DNA from: Chiloscyllium plagiosum
Lineage: Eukaryota
Assembly: GCF_004010195.1 (NCBI RefSeq)
Contig: NC_057714.1
Location: 7,866,492-7,930,491 of the forward strand
Length of the DNA: 64,000 nucleotides
Reading direction: 5' to 3'
A program made the translations under genes and the position numbers. Below the pieces are notes generated by a model. It was not told the origin of the DNA. It saw nothing but the letters and a program-made list of their open reading frames with translations, and ran no database searches. Shown here one piece after another: positions 1 through 11,816 of the stretch. The first letter of the stretch is position 1. Each line of letters begins with the position of its first letter.

Positions 1-192
1 GAGGGATGGGGAATAAAGGGGAAAAAAGAAAATTTATCTCGAAAGGCTATGTCATCTGACTAGCTCTTTTATTCGGACAAACCTTGAACTCGTGATAATT
101 GCAGTGCAGACAAGTTGCTATGGCTTATCATCACTGGAGTCAATGACATGCATTCAGATCGCGTGAAATCCTGCACAGCGATAATAAAGAAC

Positions 193-202
193 CCGCCATT
201 TT
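193..202. promoter_or_regulatory. YY1-like site upstream of miR-196
   Basis: CCGCCATTTT matches the YY1 consensus. This is a motif match only. Confidence 0.35.
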
Positions 203-486
203 TAGTAGGGAACCAACAATTATTCTCGTGCTGAATTTACAATTAAATCTATTCATTTGAATACCATTCCGACCTGGAATGCAAGAACTGAATTACTTGG
301 GAAATAATTTCAGAGACTACAAGATTGCAGGTTAAAGGAATGTCTTTCGTGTTTGGTAAACTGCATGCGAGTTTGTGACGAGTAACATCATAATGTGATT
401 TTGTTTTGTTTGGGTAAGCTTGTTGAATTTGCATTTAGATTAACCTATGTATGTACAATGATAGGAATCTAAAGAGCTGAGATAGA

Positions 487-569
487 GCTGATGTGTGATT
501 TAGGTAGTTTCATGTTGTTGGGGCTCAAGTCTATCTCTACAACACGAAACTGCCTGAATTACTGCAGTT
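487..569 (+). ncRNA. mir196: pre-miR-196 hairpin (HoxA-linked locus, position of mammalian miR-196b)
   Basis: The mature 5p sequence TAGGTAGTTTCATGTTGTTGGG lies at 501-522. The complementary 3p arm CTACAACACGAAACTGCCTGAA lies at ~537-558. The flanks pair, and the position upstream of Hox9 is canonical. Confidence 0.97.
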
Positions 570-1593
570 ATCCTCTTCGCCAGTGAGTTCTGTCGCTGGT
601 TTGGAAAGAAACCGCAGTTACTTAATAATCACGTATAAGTAAAATGTTTTGATTTTCTAAGACCAACAGTAAAATGGCATGTTTTATGTCAAAAATAATT
701 ATGCTTTTTTTAATAGCAAATGTTTTTTTTCGAGAGACCGTTTTCAAACTGATACAACTTTGTATATTATTTTGCAAAGAGCAGCATACCTTCTAATACT
801 CTGCAGGCAAATACTGAATCATTATTCCTTAACCTCGTGTTAATTGGAGTTTAATGAATGCAATGCTTTCCATTAGATTTGCTATTTTTTCTCTAAGAAC
901 GATCAAGTTCACGTTTCAGATTTCCTGTCAGTGCATATGTGCTACTGAATGATTATTTTAAAACACAGATGCAGGTCGGCACAATGCTACTGCAAATAAC
1001 TGCAATTTCATCTACACAGCGGCGTAATCGATGCATTGCAGATTTCGTCTTTGTCAGTGATAAATATTTCATCATATTTTAATATCGCCTAAACGGAACA
1101 ATTTTTATAAACAACTGATCTTGTACTTCCCGGTGAAAAACGAAAATAAAAAGGAAAGGCACCAAGCGCGTTGGGATATGCATTTTAGGTCTATATATTC
1201 TGCCATGTGCAAGACAAAGAAATTACTTGAAAGCACAAGGCCTCGGTTATGATCATTACATGGCGCCTAGGCGAGTAAATTTGTGTTGTTCTTCGAAACA
1301 GCGACCTCGGCGGAGTATAGTGGAAGCGCTGCTCGGTCGGCGGCTCCTGCCTCTGCAGGAAAACTAGACTAAACACAGAAAGCAGACTTGTCCCATTATA
1401 TTGGCTGTTTAGGCGAGACAAACAGAAGCTTTAATCTAAGCAAAGCAAGTAAACAAACACAATGGCACTTTATTCTGTTCGTCTTGTGATTTGAGTAGAC
1501 CATCCGATTGGAATTACTCAATTTTAAATCTATGAAGCTAGGTGATTGTCGCAGGATAAATTCTGTGCTCGTTCATGAATGCAGCACTAAATT

Positions 1594-1642
1594 TATATAT
1601 ATATATATTACATATTATATATATAAAACACACACACATATA
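1594..1642 (+). repeat. (TA)n/(CA)n microsatellite
   Basis: TATATA... and ACACAC... arrays. Confidence 0.8.
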
Positions 1643-4600
1643 TGCATAGACTGTAGCTTTGCTACGCGGAGCTAAGTACAGCGGATTCGCTATGAGAATT
1701 TATTTTAGTAGGAATTGCTTATACGTGTAATTTTCCAAATGCCCATGTAACTGAAATTACTGTTATAAATAATCCATAGATATTTAATTCGAACAAAACA
1801 AATTGCGCATTTACAATATTAAACCATATCATCCTCTTTGTTAGGTTTATCACTGCATGGCGTACTGTAGAAGGATACTTTGCCCGAGTTAAAAACATTT
1901 ATCTTGACTTTTTTTTTCAGCGCAATACAAAAGGATGTCTTCGGGAAAATGTAGGCTGTTGTGCATTCGAGGCGTGATGTTATCCTAATATGATTTCAGA
2001 AGCTGCAAACTGTCTTTGGCATGGTTTAAAAATTCACAAAGAAAAAGCACAGTCAAGTTTGTGCTGTTCAAAACACCACTGCTGACAGCGGTCAGGCCCT
2101 CTTTAAAAGGCAGTTCAGCACAGACCTTTAGCTCAGCGCCTTCCCATTCATTTGTGGAGTATTGTAATTCGAACGCGTTGGCAAGAAATCAGAAATAATT
2201 CTTTAGTTGTTACATTTTTGAATAAAGTGTAGAATGTGGTTTTATTTAGGTACTATTAATGAAGAACAGCCTTTCTCAATTTAAATACACTGAAGTATGT
2301 GAGGTCCGTGCGCTTCCTTCCTGTCATATTTTCACAAATATAATGGTAACATTTAAAAATTACACTTAAATATCATTCGGCTAACACTACGATTTTTATT
2401 GTTTACTGGTTGCCCGCAAAATTCTCCCGAGGCTTATGTGATTTATAGGCTTTATATATAAAAAAAAGGAGCCGCAGTAGTTTTGTACTTTCCTTTTTAA
2501 TCTCAAATTAGAAGGGTTGGCTTTGAAAAGCCGGTACATGTGGTCCAGTTGCACACTTGTAAATTGAGTATTTCATTTCAAACCAATGAGGATGAACCAG
2601 AAAGCGTTTCAACCTTTCGTAAGCAACCAACATCCAACATAACACTTGGTATTTGAGATATTCTTCAGTCATGACTTTACTGAAACTAAACCCGTGAATG
2701 TGACCACGGGAGCGGCTCGGCCAGATTTGAAACCTCTCGCGCAGATGCCTGCAGGATTTAGTTAGTCTTATTTTATGTTTTACATACATCTTGTAAATCT
2801 TTGCCAAATTATACGCTATACGCCAATTAGACTCGAAAATGATGAAAGCACTTTGAACACGCTGTCGTCATTGCACACTGCAAGCCCACAAATTGGCTTT
2901 GCAACTTCACACAGATGTTATCTGAACGGAAATAAAGGCGTCAACGCTTAAATTTTATTCTAAACGATACAGTGAGAATGCCAGGAAATTTCACCTATCG
3001 AATGTGGTGTCTGCCTTGAACCGTTCACTTTTAGCCCAGGTTTGGAATATTTTTTAAAAATAATTTGTATTTTTTTCTGGCTACAAGGTGCATTCACTAA
3101 ATAACCCTCTTGGCTGGATTGTGTCGCAAAGTGTTGAGCAGTTTGTAAGCGATGCGAGTCCTGCATTTTGACGGACGTCTTAAGTGCTGTAAACGTTGCA
3201 TGAATTAATAAAATATTTTACAACTCACATGTTACTAGCACAATTCTCAAGGTAAGTTGACCGACTCCAAACAACACATGCATCTATAGCAGTCTAGCTT
3301 CATTATCGCTCCACTCGCTTTGCTATAAAATGACAATAGGGTGAATTCCGGTAGTCTGCTGTGGATCTTAAAATGAAAATGGGTGAATTCTTGTATTTTT
3401 GACTATTGCTGAACAGTCTGTGCTGGTTTGGAGTGATGTCACTAATTTCTTCCTGAGACCTTTGGTGAGTTGTATCCAAGTATTTTAAAGGCTTTTTGTC
3501 TCGGTCTAGTCTTTTTTTTTAACAACACGTCGCCCAGAGCTGTAATTTGTAAGTTAACATGCGAGTTTCCTGTGTTGAACGTTAAAAAAAAGCCTCAGAT
3601 GAAAATCTAAACTAGCAACTCACCAAATTTCATAAGTTATCGGTTTTTTTTTTGCGAGAAAACAGTGCTTCATTTGAGCCTGAGAATTCGCGGTGCTAAT
3701 TGTAACGAAATCTACAATATCATTTTAAAATCAAACATTTCGTACACATCTATAAATCTTTATGGAGCACAGCAAGACGCGGCACATTCCAAGGTTGTTG
3801 GCAAATTCTTTCAGGCGTTTTAATGGTGGCTTGATTTTATATATTTTTTCTCTCTAGATTTAAATAAAACTACATTTCAAAGAGAGGAACTGCTGTTTTA
3901 AGCGTTATGCAGTTTCAGAGCGCCTTAATTTCACTTTGTAAATATAGAATCTACATTTGAATCCTAATTTCAGGCCATCTGCACAGGAAACACAAAACGG
4001 TTTCTTTCTAAGGCTCAACACTGGACTTGAATGGTTCTCGATTTTGCTCTAGACCTTAGCACTCCGCCAGAGACGCTGTAACACTCCGCTGACCAGATAG
4101 TCAATGCTGACTCAAAGGCGACAGAATGAATCTTCCCTTCTCCATAAGGAATGCACGGAAATCTAAAGAAAGGTTGGGATATAGAGGACCCAAACATCGA
4201 GGGAATGAAATTGCATTTCAGTTAACCGTAAAGATTTTGAAATAAGGGTACATGCAGCTAGCGGATGTTGGAGGGGGAGGTGTGGGGGGTGGGTGGTGGT
4301 GTTGGGTAGCTGCAGCAAGCGATTCACGACCGTCGCCAGCACTTTGGTCTAATGTAGGATAAGAAAATTGTCTTTGTTTAATGGATAGTTGTATGTTGTG
4401 TGATCCACAAAGCAGATCAACAACTTCAGGATAGTTTTTGAAGATTTGGGTTTTTATTTAACGCGGTTGCTCCCGTCGAGATGCACCGTACGTATTTTAA
4501 ATTAAACTTGTTGTAGCACGAGTTCTCAAAATGTTCGCATATGATATAGTAAAATAACAACAATGAAATAGAAAATGGGCATTAAGACCACAAGCCTCAT

Positions 4601-6087
4601 TTGAAAACTAGGTAGTGCAGATACCAAGTAATGCTACTTGTTGTCTTCAAAGATCTAAGTCTTTCAAAAATTGGAGAATGTTGTATTGAATTGGAATACT
4701 ATTGCCAATGTTACTTAGAATTTTGAGTTACTGCATACATTAAAGATGTTTCAAAAGGAGTAGCGCGATGGAACACAACCCAGTGTCACATTGTCACAGC
4801 GCTTGCTAAATCCTCTGGACTGAAATTGGATCAACAAATGCACTGACGCCTATCTCTTACACGTGAAATGAAACATCGCATTCTATAATTGCATTGATTA
4901 ATTAAGCTAACCGAAAAAATAGCAGCAACAACACATATCATTGTGTGCAGTTTTTTGTCTTCCGGATTTTTAATTCATTTTCCAAACAAAACGTTAAAAC
5001 CATGCCATCTTAAACCACAATGTTGGCCTTCTGGTTTCCATCTTAGTTGTTAATTTTATTAACTGTATGTAAGTGAAATCGCCCATCGTTGTAGATATAT
5101 TTATACCCAGAACGCATGTGAGAGAGGCCTACTTAGTTTTTAAGGCACAGTAATTAGTTGCACATGCAATGTTTAATAGGCCGATTATGCAGTAATATGA
5201 ATGTTTTCTAATTTTGTTGCAATACAACTCTTATATTTATCTCTGCTTATATATCTAACCGTTTGTTTGTATTTGCCATTGAAAGGAACGCATCTTAGGC
5301 ATATCACAGATTGGCTCTCCGAATATAGTCTGTGCGGGAGAGCTTCCCGATTTACTGTCCACAGAATATACCAGTGAGTGACTAAAGCAAAAGACAAACC
5401 ACACGACCCTGAAGAGAAGAACGGTAGAATTGTCCGGTGTCCCAAGAAATGTATTTTGCCTGTATATTTGCATCTGTCAACTAAAAAAGCGTGTTGAATG
5501 CGGAAGTTGGAGTTTGTTATGATTTCTTGGAGGTTAAAAAAAACCTTTTTAGAATGGCTGTGGCTTGCTAACATGTAGTTTTATTGCTCAAACTGTTATA
5601 AAACGGAGATGGTCACAGTGTGCTTTATGTGCGCTTCGTTTTCCTTTTAAATGAGAGATCTTTAGCAGCTGCAGGTACACGCTACTTTTCAGAGGTACGC
5701 TTTAAAACTTCGTCAACGATTTTTATTTGTCAAGAATGCGTTTTTAATTTTATTAAGCATGAATAATAAATACCTGTCCAATCTCCTTCTTCGTTGTTAT
5801 TTTCTGCAGTTTATAGTTTCACTCTTTCCATAATCTTTTATGTGAAGGTTAACGATTATAAGGTGTTCGTTAAAAAAAACGAGCATCTGATGGGAAGATT
5901 GATTATGATATAAAATAGTCCCCTAAAAAAAGAACTGCAACCGAATACTTGCTTCACATTTCAGCTGGCAACAAAGAAATCAGCTTCCATATATAGAGGT
6001 GATTATATCCCTTTGCATAAAAAAACATACGGACTTGCTATATAAAATGTTCCCTATAAAAGATTGACCCTGTTACAAGCTGCGGAT

Positions 6088-6212
6088 TGATTTATACTTT
6101 ATTGTTGTATTTTGAATCACGTGAGGAGCCTATCCAATGGTGAGGAAGTGCGTCTGCACCATATTAGCAGACTGTACTTGTCGCGGCGGTAAGTTGTTAC
6201 ATTGAAATCTGC
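6088..6212 (+). promoter_or_regulatory. HoxA9 proximal promoter / conserved 5' region
   Basis: PBX-HOX site TGATTTAT at 6088-6095, E-box CACGTG at 6118-6123 and CCAAT at 6134-6138. AGTTGTTACATTGAAATCTGC (6192-6212) resembles the start of mammalian HOXA9 mRNA. Confidence 0.8.
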
Positions 6213-6254
6213 TCTTTCATATTTTCAGAGGGGCTTGCGGTGTCATTGCCGAGA

Positions 6255-6795
6255 ATGTCGACATCAGGGACTATCAGCAATTATTATGTCGACTCCCTTA
6301 TCATGCATGAGAACGAGGAGCTGCTGTCGTCCAGATATGCCTCGGGTCCACTGGCTCAGTCTTCCAGACAGACAGCTCTTGCTGAGCACCCCGACTTCTC
6401 CCCATGTAACTTCCAGTCCAAAGCCACTGTGTTCAGCACCTCCTGGAGCCCAGTTCATGCGCAGAGCTCTGCCAGCATGCCCACTGTTTATCACCCGTAC
6501 ATGCACCAGGCGCCCATTGCCGCCGCGCCCGATGGTAGGTACATGCGCTCCTGGCTAGAGCCCATGCCGGGAACCCTGTCTTTCACTGGGTTACCTTCCA
6601 GCAGACACTACGGCATCAAGCCCGAGCCTGTAGCGGCTCGCAGGAGTGACTGCACCACGTTTGAAACACACACGTTAGCCCTCTCAGATTATACTTGTGG
6701 ACCTTCTCCTGTCGACAAACGTGTGAGCGAGGTTTCCTTCACTGAAAATAATGGAGAGATTGAGTCAAACGCAGATAAGCTCCATATGGATCCAA
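6255..6795 (+). CDS. HOXA9: Homeobox protein Hox-A9, exon 1
   Basis: ATG at 6255 gives MSTSGTISNYYVDSL...DGRYMRSWLEP...HYGIKPEP (Hox9 activation domain). Donor CCAA|GTAAGT at 6796, phase 1. Confidence 0.97.
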
Positions 6796-7459
6796 GTAAG
6801 TGTGGAAACATTACGTTTTTGTATTGCTTTTCTAGATAAAGACTCGAAATGCAAACTGTTATATATTCCTACATTGTACAGCGAAATAACAAAATCTCTT
6901 TGCAGTTTTATGGGATGGGTTTTTAAAAATTACGTACCTCAAAATAGTTATCAAAAAATTGGTTAAGCTTTAGCGATGTACATTTCGGTAGTGACATGAA
7001 CACAATTTGGATCTAAACTCAACTATTTTCCATTCATTGTAGAAGACAGAAGGGGAGACATTGAGCGTAATTGACTCTAATTCAGGTGTATTTGTTGCAA
7101 AAAAAAGCTGATGAGGATAAAGCTGCTGGACAAACCTCTACAACATCTAATTGAAGCACAATTGGCAACATATTAGATTATTTATGTCTAATTTACAGGG
7201 CCGTCACAATATTATATCTTTCTAACTTATTTTGGGCTCTGTTCATAGAGTTTTTCATTGAGCAAGGGGATTAGCATTAAGAGTTGAAATGTCAGTGAAA
7301 ACATCTGGAAGTGTAGCAGCCAACCTCATTCATCCAGTACAGTCTCAGTTTTTTTTTTATTTGTTTATCTCAACCGGTGTTTGATTCTGAGAATGTCGCA
7401 ACATTTTGACTGGCATGTAAAAGGAAAATATATTAAATGTGTTTCCTTCACACTCCCAG

Positions 7460-7701
7460 ATAACCCTTCCGCCAACTGGCTGCATGCAAGATCTACAAGA
7501 AAGAAACGTTGCCCCTACACCAAGCATCAGACCTTGGAGCTGGAGAAGGAATTCTTGTTTAACATGTACCTCACACGAGACCGCAGATATGAAGTCGCAA
7601 GGGTCCTTAACCTCACCGAACGGCAAGTTAAAATCTGGTTTCAGAACAGGAGGATGAAGATGAAAAAAATCAACAAGGAACGACCGAAAGACGACCGGTG
7701 A
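7460..7701 (+). CDS. HOXA9: Homeobox protein Hox-A9, exon 2 (homeodomain); spliced protein 260 aa
   Basis: Acceptor CCCAG at 7455-7459. Encodes [47 protein letters not shown]...[17 protein letters not shown] at 7699-7701. Confidence 0.98.
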
Positions 7702-7947
7702 CACGAATTAGAATATTTCTGTGTGCGAGAGAGAGAGAAAAAAGACTAAATCACAATTACAATCGAGTTAGGCCCTGCTTCAGAAAGACTACGTGTACAT
7801 TTTGTCATCCCATTAGCACAATTTATTCCTTTGCCCGTTCTGGACTGCATTTGGTGGGTAAAAGACTGATACACTTGTTAGTTGGGAACCAAAGAGGGAG
7901 ACATTTACGGCAAGGTTAAGTATGTGGCTACGGAATCTACCTTACTT

Positions 7948-8574
7948 CACATGAAAACTACCTTTTCTTAATCCACCACTATTCAGTGTGGACAGTAATT
8001 CAGTAATACTGTACTCGTTTAATATTTACTTGTTTTACATGCAGCAAACGAGGCTGCTTATATACTTGAATCCTTGTGTCTGTTGTCGTGATTATCCCTG
8101 TGACTGGGCCTTTGTGCTTGGGCGGTGTCCGAGTAAAGATCGTGTAAACAAAAAGAAAGAAAAATCTCAATTTAACTCAGGATGTTTAATATAAAGAGAA
8201 CAGGCTGTGTAGTGCATATGAAATGTTATTTTCGTGGTGAACTTGGAACATACATTGTATTATTTTCACTGTGAATGAACCTGTAGAAACTCCAGGCTTT
8301 CGCTGTCTTTGTGAGACTGAGTAACGGCCTTGCCCGGGGTGCATGACGATTGTGTTGTTCTTCAGAAATTATATGAAACTGATTTGCATAGAATGCTAAT
8401 ATAAGTTGTATTTCAAAGAGCAGCGCTGAGCATAATGCTACACGATACTCTTGTCTGTTGTGAGAAAAGCACGAATAAAGTTCTCAGACACTTTGTATTT
8501 ATCGGTGTTGTGGTGCAAAGAAAAGTGTAAGATTTGGTTTAAAACTACCTATATGTATAACTAGTAACTACCTA
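7948..8574 (+). promoter_or_regulatory. miR-196 target sites in HoxA9 3' UTR
   Basis: ACTACCT at 7957-7963 (extended match CACATGAAAACTACCT). 8mers ACTACCTA at 8544-8551 and 8567-8574. Confidence 0.75.
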
Positions 8575-9949
8575 TGTTTTGTGTGTAAGTGTCGCCCTTA
8601 AAATTGTTTTGACACATTTATGCGATGGAATAAATAAACAAGCAACATTGTCAATAAATGTAATGTGTACAAGTAAAATGCCTGGGTGCAATAGAAGGAA
8701 CATATACCACCAATGTGTTTTAAATGGGGAGGGGGTTGTCTTTAAACCTGTAGAGCAACACATTTACACTTGTGTACACGTTTGAAATGATTACCTCGTG
8801 TCATATTGACCAAACTATACTGTTTGTAATGAAATGTCATTTTATTTGTTGTCTAATAAAATATATGTTTGACTACATATAAAATATGGTCTCTCTTTCT
8901 GAAGCTCAATATATGCAAACATCTCGCATGGAACTCCTCAACTATATATTTTTAAAATTTCACCAGCACTGCAGGATCCCCAAAGCTCCCCATTCGGAGC
9001 AGAAAAATTTTAAAATGTGCACATTTCCTTCTACCGTTATTTTAAATAGGTGAATCAAAATTTAAACTGTCAGGCGAACAAGTTAATTAAAATATGTCAT
9101 GGCAATAAAAATAATCCAATCCCCTTACTAATATTAAAAACAGTGTCCGTAATATCACCCAATTGCACTGTTTGCAAACATTAATGATGTACTTCATATT
9201 CAATCTTTGGATTTTACCACAAACTATGACATTGAAAACGTGACTTAAAGTTTGGCTTCTCCTTAGTAAATACTGCAACGAAATGTTATCACCACTGTTG
9301 ACATAACATGACTTAAGAGGGGTAACTAACTTTGGCATAAGATTGGAATTTATGGAAAAGGGAAGAAAATACTAAGTGTGATCTAACAACTTTGGCTTGG
9401 AAGCGGATATCATGACAAAGATGCAGAATGCGATTGAGTTTAACGCCCGGTTATCACCAATTAACCCGAGAACGTACAAACCTGTGGATTAACAACTTTT
9501 ATTTGTCGCCTGGCCATGCGCCAAGGCCTCTGGTTATTTATATGATTTGTTGTGTGCTACTTATCCGAGAAATGCAGCACTTCTGCTGCAAGTGGAAATG
9601 AATAATCTTGAGTTGTTTGCCCGTGTGAAGAGGTTCAAAATTGTTGGGATTTTATCGGATTAAAACGAGGCAAATAATTCTAGAAAGTCGCACTGGTTCA
9701 AATCCCTGCCGCCATTTCTTTAACTGATCAACCAAGAAGTGTCGAATTCCTCAGAAGAAAAGTATACTAGTCTAAAGCGAATGTTGGGTAGCGCTTGGCT
9801 TTTTTTGTAACTTCCCTTCCAACTGCAAGATCCCTAGTAACTTTTTTTTTAAGACTCCGACGACAGTTTGGATAGATTTAGTGGGATTCAAATGATTTGG
9901 AAACTGAGCAGAGAGGCCTAAGTAGTTAGAAGTCTTGGCAGTGGCTGTT

Positions 9950-10330
9950 GTTAGTAAAATCCAGAGTGGTGTACCGCAATAAAAGCAAATGACTGCTGTA
10001 AGCGTTTATGGGGTGTAAAACGCTGGAGGTTAAGGGGCGAAGTGCATAAACACGACACTGACGATCTTTATTTGGAGTATTCTTCAGTATTTAGCGGCAA
10101 ACACTCGGATAGCATTGCAATCTTTGTTTTATTATTATTATTTCATTAGACAACGGCGAAATTGATTTTTTAAATTTTATTTTCAAACAAGTCCTCAGTC
10201 TGAGGGGTTATAATGTTGTGACGCCCTCTGTTGTTGCATCTGGAACTTCAAAGACTACACAAGGAGACTTGCAATAAAATGAAGGGTCTGGCAAGCCGTC
10301 TGGAATTCGGGTTTAATGAGTTTACAACTG
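9950..10330. promoter_or_regulatory. Cdx/posterior-Hox site cluster between HoxA9 and the HoxA8 relic (candidate enhancer)
   Basis: GTAAAA, GCAATAAAA (x2), TTTATGG, TGTAAAAC and TTTAATGAGTTTACAAC are clustered. They resemble Cdx-dependent Hox8/Hox7 early enhancers. Motif-level evidence only. Confidence 0.45.
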
Positions 10331-10667
10331 TCCAGCTACAATCAGTATTTTTCCAGAGAAGGCAATCCATTTGTTTTGTCTGGCTGCCTAGACAAAAGGG
10401 TCTGCGGAAATAACGACCTTTATTAGTCTCGTCTTTAACACGGGCCCCTCAAATATCGTTTTACTAATTTATTGCGTCTAGTGGGGAAAAAATAACAGGT
10501 CTTTTAGTTATTTTGAAGCGTGGTTTAACCCTATTTACAATTTAACGTGATAGATATAAGAACGAATATTGTGGAAAAACGGTGTAGGTATTGGCTTCTT
10601 TGCAGTTTAAAAAGGGTTTGTGTGCATTCTCAGCCTGCAATTTCACAGTTGCACTTTTACGTATTTA

Positions 10668-10682
10668 CCAGGAGATGGCAGT
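10668..10682 (+). promoter_or_regulatory. candidate CTCF site (HoxA7|9 boundary)
   Basis: CCAGGAGATGGCAGT has one mismatch to CCASYAGRKGGCRS. It sits in the interval where mammals have the A7|9 CTCF boundary. Confidence 0.55.
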
Positions 10683-11816
10683 GGTAATCCACAGAAGAAT
10701 TTAAAAACGGTGCGGCCAAGCTGCCAAAAAACGTACTTACTGCGATAAACTGGGATTTATTTATACAGAGGGTTGTAAATAGGATGAAAACATCTACCAC
10801 AAATGACACTTGTAAAAATGGACTGAGGTCGATGGAGTATATTCATTTTGAATCCATCAACTTATTTGTGGACAGATTAATTCCACTTGACACAGGGTTT
10901 AGAAATCCATTTGTACCTCAGTGTTTTATTTTTAATGCACAATAACATGATTTAAATTGATCAACTTCCAATTTGTTCCTTAGTCTACTCCGCTGTGTGC
11001 AACAGGGGATAGCAACTGGAAGTTAGGAGTAGCTCAAACTGAAATGACGTAAATTATTATACATCAATCATACTTAAAAGAGCATATGTTTATATATATA
11101 TATATAAAACCAGTAAAACGGACACTCATGCACATCCATTAACACGCATGTATGTGCACACATATTCAGGTACACATGTATATTATACATAAACACAAAT
11201 GAACCTACTCTTGTTTTCGCTGAAATTCTCCCAGTCAGAATCGGTTGTTAAATGTTGCATAGACCTGAGGTACAAATGCAAAATACATAATTACCTTTTA
11301 GTATATTTATGACTTGGCTTCAAATTGTAGTCATGTATAAAATTATATCTATCATCTCAGTGTTTTGAATTTTAATGGCATGTTGTAAAATGCTCGTTGG
11401 ATGCAAAGTACTGACTGGTAACTTTTACAATTTTCATAAAATGATTAATACTTTGATCAAGTGTTATAATGGTAAGAAATTAAGTCAGTTCGGAGGATAC
11501 TTTTTTTCTCATCCAGATGCCCAAGTTATATTTTCACCTTGAGTGAAACTGCAGCATATCTGCTGACTGTGCCCATTTTCGAGTGAAAGGATTTTGTACA
11601 ATCGTGCACATATTGGGAAGGATTGAATGAAAGAGCCGGTCGGATTTGTTAGTATTGCTTCAGAGAGGTTGGTTTATTTAAAGAACACCACTGAAGTTTC
11701 TACATTCATCAGAAAGTTAAAAAATGAAACTTAATGATTTGACGCTTTGGAAACTGAAACAGGTGGCTTCCTCACTTCCATAAAGTGAGTATATTAGTGT
11801 TAAAAACTCTTCCATC

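Noticed and set aside
5185-5574. 129-aa ORF and the many 60-110 aa intergenic ORFs
   Set aside because: Their composition is random-like, many use non-ATG starts, and they show no homology or exon structure. This many are expected by chance.
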